Shown here piece after piece: positions 40,562-49,508 of a stretch of DNA of 64,000 bases. The translations under genes were made by a program, and so were the position numbers. Within the stretch, counting starts at the first letter, position 1; each line of letters opens with the position of its first letter. A model generated the notes under the pieces. The model saw nothing but the letters and a program-made list of their open reading frames with translations, was not told where the DNA came from and made no database searches. The DNA comes from a bacterium (lineage in GTDB: Bacteria > UBA8248). The DNA lies in NCBI GenBank assembly GCA_965202625.1, contig CBDBBI010000010.1, forward strand, positions 320,001-384,000. Reading direction: 5' to 3'.

Positions 40562-41184
40562 TTCTTCTCCCGAGCGTTTTCCGCGACCCGCATGATGCGC
40601 GCGCGCGCGCGATTCAGCCTCGAACGCACCGTTCCGGGCTTGATCCGCAGCACATCGCCGATCTCATCGTAGCTCATTCCCTCTAGCTCGCGCATCACCA
40701 GAATGCGGCGATGGGCTTCCGGCAATCGCGACAAGATATTTTCCAGCGCATCGCCGGCGCGCTTCTCTCGCGTCCGCCGAAACTCGTCCCGATGTTTCTC
40801 ATCTTCCGCCGGTGCCACGCTGTCAGCGAGTTGCTCCTCCGCAAACTCCGTTGGCGTTGGTGCACTGCGCTTCAGATAGTCGCGGCAATGGTTGACCGCG
40901 ATGCGGTAGAGCCAGGTCGAGAACTTTGCGTCCCCTCTGAACTTGGGCAAGGCGATGTATGCTTTGAGAAATATCTCTTGCACGACGTCGTCGGCGTCTT
41001 CTCTTCGATCACCGAGCATTCCCCACGCGAGGCGTTGGATTTTTCCGGCGTTTTGACGGACGAGAGGCTCAAAAGCGTCTTTGTCTCCGTTTTGGCAACG
41101 TTTGATCCATGAAGATTCTTCATGCGCGTGAGATGGGGTTTCCAAAAGGCAAAATTCCCATGTCTGGGCTGCGAGAGGTCTCAT
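40558..41184 (-). CDS. ECF sigma factor (RpoE-like)
   Basis: DADDVVQEIFLKAY, FSTWLYRIAVNHCRD, MSYDEIG...GTVRSRLNRAR. Confidence 0.95.
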   Translation of the reverse strand: MRPLAAQTWEFCLLETPSHAHEESSWIKRCQNGDKDAFEPLVRQNAGKIQRLAWGMLGDRREDADDVVQEIFLKAYIALPKFRGDAKFSTWLYRIAVNHCRDYLKRSAPTPTEFAEEQLADSVAPAEDEKHRDEFRRTREKRAGDALENILSRLPEAHRRILVMRELEGMSYDEIGDVLRIKPGTVRSRLNRARARIMRVAENAREKK

Positions 41185-41372
41185 GTGTATTGTCCTATAC
41201 TATAAAATCATTCGCTCAAGAACGGGCGTTTATGCGCCTTCGCTTCCTTCTATGATTCATCTTTCTCTCTCTCCCATTATGACGAGGACGGGTTCCCACT
41301 TTAGGGTAAAGCGCATATAATGGGCGATACGCTCAATCTGTTGTTCGTTCTTGGCGAGGAGGGGAGAATCCT

Positions 41373-42170
41373 GTGTCAATGCGAGTCGTCGTGGCTGGAG
41401 CCGGCGGAAGGATGGGGGCCCGTATCATCTACCAAATCGCCTCCTTGAAGGACCTCTCCCTCTCGGGCGCGCTTGAGCGCGAGGGTTTCGATGGATTGGG
41501 TGAGGACGCGGGCCGCCGCGCCGGCGTGGCGGAACTGGGCGTCATCCTCACTTCCGATGCGTCCCTATTGGGCGGCGACGTCCTGATCTCCTTTGCGGTT
41601 CCAGAGGCGAGCATCTCTCACGTGCGGTTGGCGGCTGAAAAAGGGATGACGGCTGTTGTCGGCACCACGGGTTTTAGCGACGCGCAGCGCGAGGAGATCG
41701 CCAGCTTCGGCGAGAAGATCGCCTGTGTCGTCGCGCCCAATATGAGCGTGGGGGTGAACGTCACCTTTCGCCTGATAGAGGAGGCGGCCAGACTCCTCGG
41801 CGGAGGTTACGACATTGAGGTGATGGAGACGCATCACAACCAGAAAGTGGATGCGCCTTCGGGAACGGCGGTGCGCATGGGTGAGATTCTGGCCGAAGCG
41901 ATGGAAAAAAGATATCCCCAAGACGCAATTTTTCACCGCCAGGGGCATACTGGAAGGCGCCCGGAGGGTAGCATCGGCATGCAGACGCTGCGCGGAGGTG
42001 ACGTTCCGGGCGAGCACACGGTGTATTTCTTCGGAATGGGTGAGCGGGTGGAGATCACGCACAGGGCGGGCAGTCGGGATAATTTCGCGGCCGGGGCGAT
42101 TCGCGCGGCCCGATGGGTGGTTAACAAGCCCCCCGGCATATATGGCATGGCGGAAGTGTTGGGGCTTTAA
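41373..42170 (+). CDS. dapB: 4-hydroxy-tetrahydrodipicolinate reductase
   Basis: GAGGRMG, VGTTG, APNMSVGVN, ETHHNQKVDAPSGTA. Confidence 0.98.
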   Translation: MSMRVVVAGAGGRMGARIIYQIASLKDLSLSGALEREGFDGLGEDAGRRAGVAELGVILTSDASLLGGDVLISFAVPEASISHVRLAAEKGMTAVVGTTGFSDAQREEIASFGEKIACVVAPNMSVGVNVTFRLIEEAARLLGGGYDIEVMETHHNQKVDAPSGTAVRMGEILAEAMEKRYPQDAIFHRQGHTGRRPEGSIGMQTLRGGDVPGEHTVYFFGMGERVEITHRAGSRDNFAAGAIRAARWVVNKPPGIYGMAEVLGL

Positions 42171-42230
42171 GGAAATGCGTCAGGTGCTTTTGGAATCGGT
42201 GATATTGTTTGACATTGTGGAGGAGGCGCG

Positions 42231-42755
42231 TTGATGGCGCAAGAAATCGAAGCGGCGGGCGTCGAATACGTAAGGGCTGCGGACGGCAGGACGCTGGCAC
42301 TGATCGTGAGGAATGATTTTGAGGATTACGCGGCCTTTCCCCCTTATCTGGATTCAGAGGCCGAGCGCGCCCATCTGACCGAGGCCTACTCCGGTGCTGA
42401 TCCGGAAACTGAGAGAAGGACGAAGGCGCACATGACGCCGGATGCAGATCCTCTCCAGATCGTTATGTTGAACAGAAACCCGGGTGCTGTGGTGAACCCG
42501 CACTACCATGAGGTGACCGAGCGGCCCAAGAACGCGACGCGCCATCAAATCATGATCTGCCGCTCCGGAAGAATGCGGATCGGCGTATACGCTAGGGAGG
42601 GGGACCATGTCGCCGAAGTAGATTTAGAGCCTGGCGATTTGATCCTCATGTATGAGGGACACCGCATCGAATTTTTGGAGGAGGGGACCAAGGCCATCGA
42701 GATCAAGGAGGGCCCTTTTCCGGAGACCGATGAGGTGGATAAGGTTGATTTTTAG
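42231..42755 (+). CDS. Cupin-like hypothetical protein
   Basis: PHYH...GRMRI...LEPGDLIL.EGH...EIKEGP resembles a cupin fold. Confidence 0.65.
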   Translation: MMAQEIEAAGVEYVRAADGRTLALIVRNDFEDYAAFPPYLDSEAERAHLTEAYSGADPETERRTKAHMTPDADPLQIVMLNRNPGAVVNPHYHEVTERPKNATRHQIMICRSGRMRIGVYAREGDHVAEVDLEPGDLILMYEGHRIEFLEEGTKAIEIKEGPFPETDEVDKVDF

Positions 42756-42772
42756 CAGGCGTTGTTATTGCG

Positions 42773-43729
42773 CTAGGTGCCCGATTTTATAATGCCGATT
42801 TGATTCGCGAGCATTCTCGCCTCCTCCTGATAGGATTGCTGGAATTCAGGATTTGGCGGAATCGGGTTGTGGTATCGGCCTAGGAAGCGGTTCTCTTTGC
42901 TCCAGATTTCTCGAACCTGAAGAATGGAATCCACCGTTCCATCGCTCTTCTCGTCAACGTACACATGGTAGTAGCGGCTGTATTGGTTCGAGACGTTTGA
43001 GAAGAATTTCTCATTCTTATGATATATCTTCTGAATCGGGCCGGCTGGCGTCTGGAGCCGCAGAGTCCGCCCGCCGAGTATCGAATCCGATACCATGAGT
43101 GTATACCTTTCGTCGTCGATCATTTGGTTGACGGCGTAAATGCCGCCGGAGAGGGTTGGTTTTTTGCTCCCCAGTGCAAAGGCACTCAGCTTTCCATAAA
43201 TGCTGGTGTTGAAGCTTTTGGAGAAATTGTTTGAGATGGCATACACCATGAGTAATATAACCGCCGCCGCCAGGAAAACGAGGACGGTAGATCGCCTTGC
43301 CGCGTCTCCCTCATTTTCCTTACCGCGATTGATAGCGACGTCCCCCCTGAGCTCGGAGAGTTGCTTGTACATGTTCTCTGGTTTGAGTTCCAAAGGCTCG
43401 GGCAGGGGTTCGGGTGCTGTTTTCTTCTTTGCCGGCGCGGCGCCGGATCCAGTGCTGGCCGCCGCAGGCGCGGCGACGGCATCGCTTACGAAGAAATCCG
43501 CGTTCATCTGCGTGTATTTACTCCATTGTGAGGGCAAATCCCCTTCTGCGAAAATGGCGTCAACCGGACAGGCGGGGACGCAAGCCGCGCAATCAATGCA
43601 TTCCACAGGGTTGATATACAACATGGGACTTGAACCATCCGCGGCTTGGTGGATACAGTCCACTGGGCATACATCTACGCATGCTGTATCCTTTGTGCCG
43701 ACGCATGGTTCGGCGATGACGTGGGTCAT
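42773..43729 (-). CDS. Dicluster ferredoxin fused to TM helix and unknown C-terminal domain
   Basis: CVGTKDTACVDVCPVDC and CIDCAACVPACP motifs; Ala/Pro linker; TM STVLVFLAAAVILLMVYAIS; about 150 aa soluble tail. Confidence 0.85.
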   Translation of the reverse strand: MTHVIAEPCVGTKDTACVDVCPVDCIHQAADGSSPMLYINPVECIDCAACVPACPVDAIFAEGDLPSQWSKYTQMNADFFVSDAVAAPAAASTGSGAAPAKKKTAPEPLPEPLELKPENMYKQLSELRGDVAINRGKENEGDAARRSTVLVFLAAAVILLMVYAISNNFSKSFNTSIYGKLSAFALGSKKPTLSGGIYAVNQMIDDERYTLMVSDSILGGRTLRLQTPAGPIQKIYHKNEKFFSNVSNQYSRYYHVYVDEKSDGTVDSILQVREIWSKENRFLGRYHNPIPPNPEFQQSYQEEARMLANQIGIIKSGT

Positions 43730-44173
43730 CGGGACGTAACTCCTTCAGGCTCGTTCATTCAATGGGTATAATTTCGTCACCTCATCAGAGTTTGCAATAA
43801 CGAAAAATATGCTATCATTTTTCTCGCCCGAAACACAAGGGATGCGACGCCATCGGCCAAGTTTTGAATGGATAAACAATGGATAAACGAGATAAGAAGA
43901 CAAGAGAAATGAAACGCCTGCTGGTGAAACGTTGTTTTTTCGATGAACACAATTAAGTATGAGCCTTTTCGTCTTAAGTCTTGCGCGTGCTGCTGAAACC
44001 TTGCCGTATCTTTAGCGGCGTGCTAAATTTCACTTTCGCATAAGAGTAGCGCAACCCGGTAGGTTACCTGCGCAATTTTGCTGGTGAAAATCATACATAG
44101 ATACAATCGAAGTTGCGGTCGATGGCCACCATCTCCATTTCTGTCCATCATCATTTTTGAGGAATCTAATCTC

Positions 44174-45349
44174 ATGGTGTCAATCAACATCGAACGTGCT
44201 CACCGCTTGAAGCGTTTACCTCCCTACCTATTTGCAGAAATCGACAGAATGAAACAAGAGGTCGCCGATTCAGGGATGGACATCATCAGTCTGGGCATCG
44301 GCGATCCGGATTTACCAACTCCCGCTCATGTCATCGAAGAACTCCATGTGGCTTCACAGAAAACCTCGAATCACCAATATCCCTCCTACGAGGGTATGCC
44401 GAGCTATCGCAAGGCTTGCGCCGATTGGTATCAGTCGCGATTCGGGGTTTCACTCGACCCGAGCTCCGAGGTGCTATCCTTGATTGGCTCTAAAGAGGGC
44501 ATCGCCCATATGCCTTTGGCTTTTGTGGACCCTGGCGACTATGTGCTCGTTCCGGATCCGGCGTATCCCGTTTATGAAATCGGGACATACTTCGCCGATG
44601 GGAAGGCGCATTTCATGCCGCTCACCTCGGAGAATGATTTTTTGCCGGAGCTGGGCGCGATTCCAACGGATGTAGCGCGACAAAGCAAACTTTTGTTCGT
44701 CAATTATCCGAACAATCCTACTGCTGCTTGCGCGGAGGTAGACTTCTATAACGAACTCGTGGAGTTCGCGCGCTCGTATGATGTCATCGTGTGCAGTGAC
44801 AATGCCTATTCGGAGATGTCTTTTGACGGTTATAAACCCATCAGCTTTTTGAATGCGGATGGCGCGAAGGAGTTGGGCGTCGAGTTCCACTCGTGCTCGA
44901 AGACTTACAACATGACTGGTTGGCGCATCGCGTGCGCGGTGGGGAACGCAGAGGCTCTCGCCGGCTTAGGGGAGGTCAAGACGAACGTAGACTCTGGTGT
45001 ATTCGGCGCGGTTCAGGAAGCGGGAATCAAGGCGATGAGCGCGGATCAAAGCTGCGTCGCCGAAATGCGCGAAATATACCAAGGCAGACGAGACGTAGCG
45101 GTGGATGGCTTGAGAAATCTCGGGCTCGAAGTGTCGAAGCCAAAAGCCACGTTCTACATGTGGGTGAAATGTCCCAAGGGTTTCACGTCCAGCGAGTTTA
45201 CGGCGCATATTCTCAGGAATTGCGGCGTTGTCACGACCCCTGGAAACGGTTTTGGCCCCTCTGGCGAAGGATATGTTCGCATGGCCTTAACGGTTCCAGA
45301 AGATAGGATCAAAGAGGCGCTCGCACGAATCGAGAAGGCGGGCTTTTGA
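44174..45349 (+). CDS. dapL: LL-diaminopimelate aminotransferase
   Basis: LPPYLFAEID, LGIGDPD, GSKEG, NYPNNPT, SKTYNMTGWR; lysine-pathway context. Confidence 0.92.
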   Translation: MVSINIERAHRLKRLPPYLFAEIDRMKQEVADSGMDIISLGIGDPDLPTPAHVIEELHVASQKTSNHQYPSYEGMPSYRKACADWYQSRFGVSLDPSSEVLSLIGSKEGIAHMPLAFVDPGDYVLVPDPAYPVYEIGTYFADGKAHFMPLTSENDFLPELGAIPTDVARQSKLLFVNYPNNPTAACAEVDFYNELVEFARSYDVIVCSDNAYSEMSFDGYKPISFLNADGAKELGVEFHSCSKTYNMTGWRIACAVGNAEALAGLGEVKTNVDSGVFGAVQEAGIKAMSADQSCVAEMREIYQGRRDVAVDGLRNLGLEVSKPKATFYMWVKCPKGFTSSEFTAHILRNCGVVTTPGNGFGPSGEGYVRMALTVPEDRIKEALARIEKAGF

Positions 45350-45852
45350 GCCGCGGGGCGCGTGCTTTTATCAGTGCGGGTGCCAACCTGGATGAGCCGA
45401 TTCGACAAGTCCAAAGAGCGATGGATGCGCTGAGGGAAGCCTCAGGGGTGAGGCTTCTAGGCGCGTCATCTTTTTATCGCACACAACCTGTGGGCCCTGT
45501 CGTCCAACCTCCCTTTATCAATGCCGTTTTCGCGTTCGAGTGTGGAATCCGTCCCACGGAGCTTCTCGATCTTTTATTGAGGGTCGAGCGAAAAATGGGG
45601 CGTGTGCGAAAAGAACGTTGGGGGCCTCGGGTAATCGATCTGGATCTGCTCCTCTACGGCAAGGCTATCATCCATGAGGAGAGCCTGAAAGTGCCGCACC
45701 CGCGTCTCCATGAGAGGCGCTTTGCGCTCGCTCCCTTGGCTGAGATGGCGCCCGACGTTGTTCATCCGGTCATCAAAAAATCCGCTTTCGATTTGTTGAC
45801 CGCCCTTCCTCTGGGCGGTCCATGGGTGGAAAAATTACAACGAGAGAAATGA
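45346..45852 (+). CDS. folK: 2-amino-4-hydroxy-6-hydroxymethyldihydropteridine diphosphokinase
   Basis: SSFYRT.P, RWGPRVIDLDLL, PHPRLHERRF. Confidence 0.97.
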   Translation: MSRGARAFISAGANLDEPIRQVQRAMDALREASGVRLLGASSFYRTQPVGPVVQPPFINAVFAFECGIRPTELLDLLLRVERKMGRVRKERWGPRVIDLDLLLYGKAIIHEESLKVPHPRLHERRFALAPLAEMAPDVVHPVIKKSAFDLLTALPLGGPWVEKLQREK

Positions 45853-45985
45853 ATAAGGGGTTTGCCGTCGGCGACCAAAGCGACGACTCATCTTTTTCGT
45901 CCTTGTCTTTTCCGCTGGAAATTTGAGATGATTTCTTATATTTATGTGCTTTGGTGCCCGCCTTTCGTTTTCCCAGAGATTTCGC

Positions 45986-46840
45986 ATGAAAGTTGTCGAT
46001 ACGCCTCAAAAAATGCGTGAATTCGCGGAAATTCTCAGGCGAGATAAAGCGCCGCTCGGCCTTGTTCCGACGATGGGCGCGCTGCATAAAGGGCACACAA
46101 GTCTGATCGCTCGGGCGATGAATGATTGTGGTGCCGTCGTCGTGAGCGTTTTCGTGAATCCGGCGCAATTCTCTGCTGGCGAGGATTACCAGACCTACCC
46201 CCGAACCTTTGAGGTTGACCTGCGAGTTTGCCGACAGATGGGAGTTTGTTCTGTCTATGCGCCGAAGGTGCATTGCATGTATTCCGACGGATACGACACA
46301 TGGGTGGACGTGCCTGGCTTGGGCGCGTTTCTTTGCGGAGGCCATCGACCGGGGCATTTCCGGGGCGTGGCCACCGTCGTGCTTAAATTGTTCTGCGCGT
46401 GTCTTCCACATCGGGCGTATTTTGGCGAAAAAGATTATCAGCAACTCGTTTTGATCGAGCGGATGGCGCGCGACTTGGATGTCGGTGTGGAGATTGTGCC
46501 TTGCCCAATAGTTCGAGACCGGGATAGGTTGGCCTTGAGCAGTAGGAACGCTTATCTATCGGAGGAGGAGCGTTTGCGGGCGCGTTCTATTAGCAGTGCT
46601 TTGTTCGACGCGAAGAAGAGGGTGGCGGCCGGAGAGCGACTTTGCGCACCTTTAATTCAAGAGTGCATGGATGAATTGGAGAAAGCGGAAGTGAAGGTGG
46701 ATTACGTGCAAATCGTGAATCCGGTGACGCTTGAGAAGATAGAAAAAATCAACGGCGCCGCTCGAATGGCCATCGCAGCCCATATCGGTAGAACCCGACT
46801 TATCGACAACATCTCCTTGGTGTCTGGCGATGAGACATAG
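45986..46840 (+). CDS. panC: Pantoate--beta-alanine ligase
   Basis: VPTMGALHKGH, FVNPAQF, RPGHFRGV, FGEKDYQQ, LSSRN, RLIDN. Confidence 0.98.
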   Translation: MKVVDTPQKMREFAEILRRDKAPLGLVPTMGALHKGHTSLIARAMNDCGAVVVSVFVNPAQFSAGEDYQTYPRTFEVDLRVCRQMGVCSVYAPKVHCMYSDGYDTWVDVPGLGAFLCGGHRPGHFRGVATVVLKLFCACLPHRAYFGEKDYQQLVLIERMARDLDVGVEIVPCPIVRDRDRLALSSRNAYLSEEERLRARSISSALFDAKKRVAAGERLCAPLIQECMDELEKAEVKVDYVQIVNPVTLEKIEKINGAARMAIAAHIGRTRLIDNISLVSGDET

Positions 46841-49493
46841 TATTTTCTCCGTCGTGGCGTTCGTTCTTCTGGGGTTTGTCTTCCTTCCATTCCCCTTGGC
46901 CCAAGGGCAGCTGAGCGTGCGCGCGCAGGCCCACCTCGAATTTGGATTAAAGGCCTATCGGGATGAGTTTTTTGAACCTGCAATAGACTCTTTTAGAGCT
47001 TACCTCAAGAGGGCGGGTGGAAGTCCCGAGGCCCCGCGCGTTCATTATTTGCTCGCCGAGGCGCTGCGCCGAGACGATCGGCTCAAAGAGGCGATTGCGG
47101 CGTATCAATTATTCTTGGAGCGATATCCTGGGCATGAAAGGGCCGATGCGGTTCGATTTCGCGTCGGAGAACTTTCGGAGAGAAGCGGGAATAGACAAGA
47201 GGCGATAAGCGCCTATGCTTCCGTCCAGCCCGGAATCTACCGAACGGAGGCCGTCTACCGGATTGCCGCCCTGCGGCTGGCGGCGCGTGCATGGACGGGC
47301 GCAGTCGGTGCGCTTGATGAGTTCATTGAATCCGCCCCGAAAGACCCACGGGTGGAAAACGCGCTCTTCGAGCGCGCCGTCGCCCTGGAGCGCATACCGA
47401 GAATGCGCGCGGCTGAGAGAGCCTATGCACTTGCGATACGCCGTTTCCCCCAAAATCCCCGGTCGCATGCTTTTGCTGTGCGGCTTGCGAAAATACAGTT
47501 GCGACTCAAGAAGTTTGCCGAGTCGGAGAAAACGCTCGACTCTTTATTTCGCCAACACCCAGAAGACGCAAAGCGCGCTGGCTTGAAGCTAGGGCAAGCC
47601 ACGAGTTTTTTCGCGCAACAGAAATACGCGAAGGCGAGCGAGGCGTTCGAAGCCGCTTTGGGCATGGATCTCGCAAAGTCGCAGCGCATGATGGCCGAGC
47701 GAGGTTTAGCGTTTTCTTGGTGGCACGCGGGCAAATACGCGAGAGCTGCTAAAGCCTACCAACGACTCATTCGCGAGCCAGCGAAGGACGGCTCTTATCT
47801 CCTGTATTTTTTGCAGAGTGTGAAAAAAGCGGGAGCTTGTCGGGAGGGGGGCAAAGAGTATCTCATTTTCGCGCTTGACGTAATTGGCAAAGGCGCGCTG
47901 CTTCCTGCTTCCGCTAGGTTTCAGATGGCGGATTGTCTGTTTGACGCGGGTTTACGAAAAGAGGCGGTAACCCAGTATCACGAACTGATTCGGCGCGCAC
48001 CGAATGCGCGTGAGGCGGTATGGTCGGAGCTACGCCTGGTGGGTATGTTGGAGGAGGACGAGGAGCGAAACAGGGAAGAAATTTTGAAGCGCTATGGGCG
48101 GATATGGGAGTCGTTCAACGGGCTCAGAAAATCGGCGGGGAGTGTCGATCCCGAGCTGGCGCAATCCGTATATCAAGGCATCTTGCGCGCGGCGTCTCTG
48201 CACAGCGCTCGAAAAGATTGCGCCCAGGCTGTTCGTTTGGTGAAAACGGTTCCCAATGAATATGTCCCCGAACCCCTGCGAGCGGAAGTGGCGTTTCTCA
48301 GAGCAGAGTGCGCATGGGAAAAGGAGAAGCTCGATGAAGCGGAACATTACTTCTCCCAGGTGATTGCTGGCGCAAATCGCCCCGCGCTCGCCGCTCGGGC
48401 GCGGTATCGCTTGGGTGAGGCGGCGCAGAGGCGCGGCGACAGGAAAGAGGCGTTAAAACGTTTTCAGGGTGCGCTGCCGTTTCTCTCTGAGGAATTCAAG
48501 CGCGAAGCGCGCTTGAAAATTGGCGGTCTTTATCGTGAGGAGGGCGATTTTCAAAAGGCGCGAGCGTTTCTCTTGCCGCTTGCGAACGATGCGAAGGTGA
48601 GCGATGCGAGGAGACGTTCCATCTGGTATTTCCTAGCGCGTAATTCAGCCAGAGAGAGCGATTGGAAGAGCGCGGACGAGGCGCTCTCGTCTTGGGACGC
48701 GCTCATGCCGCTCGAATCTGCGGAGGGTCTCAGGCTGTGGGCGTTCGTGTTGTTTCAGCGAAAAGACTGTGGGAGCGCGGTGAAAATATCAGGGCGGGCG
48801 CTGGAGTTGACGAGTTTGAAAAATGAGAGGTTGGCGCTATATCGGCTTCGGGCGTCGTGTTTTTTTCAAGTGAAGGACTTGAAAGAATTCTCAAGGGCAC
48901 TACGCCAAGTTTTGACTTTGGACCCCCGAGACGCCGAGGCGGCTTTCGGGTTGGGGGAAGTTTTTGAAAATATGGGAGACTTTGACCAAGCTGCTCGTGC
49001 CTATGCTCGTTTTTTAAGCGAATTCCCCCAAAATCGCAGGGCGGACGCCGTGGCCTTGAGGTTGGGAATGCTCGAAATGACAAGAGAGAGGCCGGAGGAG
49101 GCGGAAGCAGCGTTTAGGGCGGCTTCGAAATCTAGCGATGCGCGTATCTCTGGCCCCGCGCTCTTTCAAATCGCGGCGCAGCTTGAGAGAGATGGCAAGA
49201 GGTCCGAGGCACTTGAAATTTTTGAATCTTTGTTGCGCCCCGGAATGGGGTGTGGGGAATGGCTGCGCTCAGCGGCTTGGCGCGCAGCGGCGATTCGCGA
49301 ATCGCGCAAAGAGTGGGGGAGGGCCGTTCGTTATTATCAGAGCATTCTGGCGCTTGAAAAACCAGGCGTCTCTCTTCGCATAAAGGAGGAGATCAAGCAG
49401 GCTAAAATGAGAATCCGCCAGCTGGAGTCCTACCTGGCCGCGGTCAAAGAGCGTGAATTCAAAATGAAAAATCGCGAACTACTGCTTCGATGA
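46830..49493 (+). CDS. Secreted large tetratricopeptide-repeat protein (887 aa)
   Basis: Signal peptide; many CpoB/BamD-like TPR pairs (FLERYPGH, FPQNPR). Confidence 0.85.
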   Translation: MRHSIFSVVAFVLLGFVFLPFPLAQGQLSVRAQAHLEFGLKAYRDEFFEPAIDSFRAYLKRAGGSPEAPRVHYLLAEALRRDDRLKEAIAAYQLFLERYPGHERADAVRFRVGELSERSGNRQEAISAYASVQPGIYRTEAVYRIAALRLAARAWTGAVGALDEFIESAPKDPRVENALFERAVALERIPRMRAAERAYALAIRRFPQNPRSHAFAVRLAKIQLRLKKFAESEKTLDSLFRQHPEDAKRAGLKLGQATSFFAQQKYAKASEAFEAALGMDLAKSQRMMAERGLAFSWWHAGKYARAAKAYQRLIREPAKDGSYLLYFLQSVKKAGACREGGKEYLIFALDVIGKGALLPASARFQMADCLFDAGLRKEAVTQYHELIRRAPNAREAVWSELRLVGMLEEDEERNREEILKRYGRIWESFNGLRKSAGSVDPELAQSVYQGILRAASLHSARKDCAQAVRLVKTVPNEYVPEPLRAEVAFLRAECAWEKEKLDEAEHYFSQVIAGANRPALAARARYRLGEAAQRRGDRKEALKRFQGALPFLSEEFKREARLKIGGLYREEGDFQKARAFLLPLANDAKVSDARRRSIWYFLARNSARESDWKSADEALSSWDALMPLESAEGLRLWAFVLFQRKDCGSAVKISGRALELTSLKNERLALYRLRASCFFQVKDLKEFSRALRQVLTLDPRDAEAAFGLGEVFENMGDFDQAARAYARFLSEFPQNRRADAVALRLGMLEMTRERPEEAEAAFRAASKSSDARISGPALFQIAAQLERDGKRSEALEIFESLLRPGMGCGEWLRSAAWRAAAIRESRKEWGRAVRYYQSILALEKPGVSLRIKEEIKQAKMRIRQLESYLAAVKEREFKMKNRELLLR

Positions 49494-49508
49494 TAGGAGA
49501 GGAAAAGA

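Noticed and set aside
44030-44170. Lysine riboswitch upstream of dapL
   Set aside because: Only an AAGAGTA fragment matches; the AGAGG(U/C)GC and GAAAGG elements are not present
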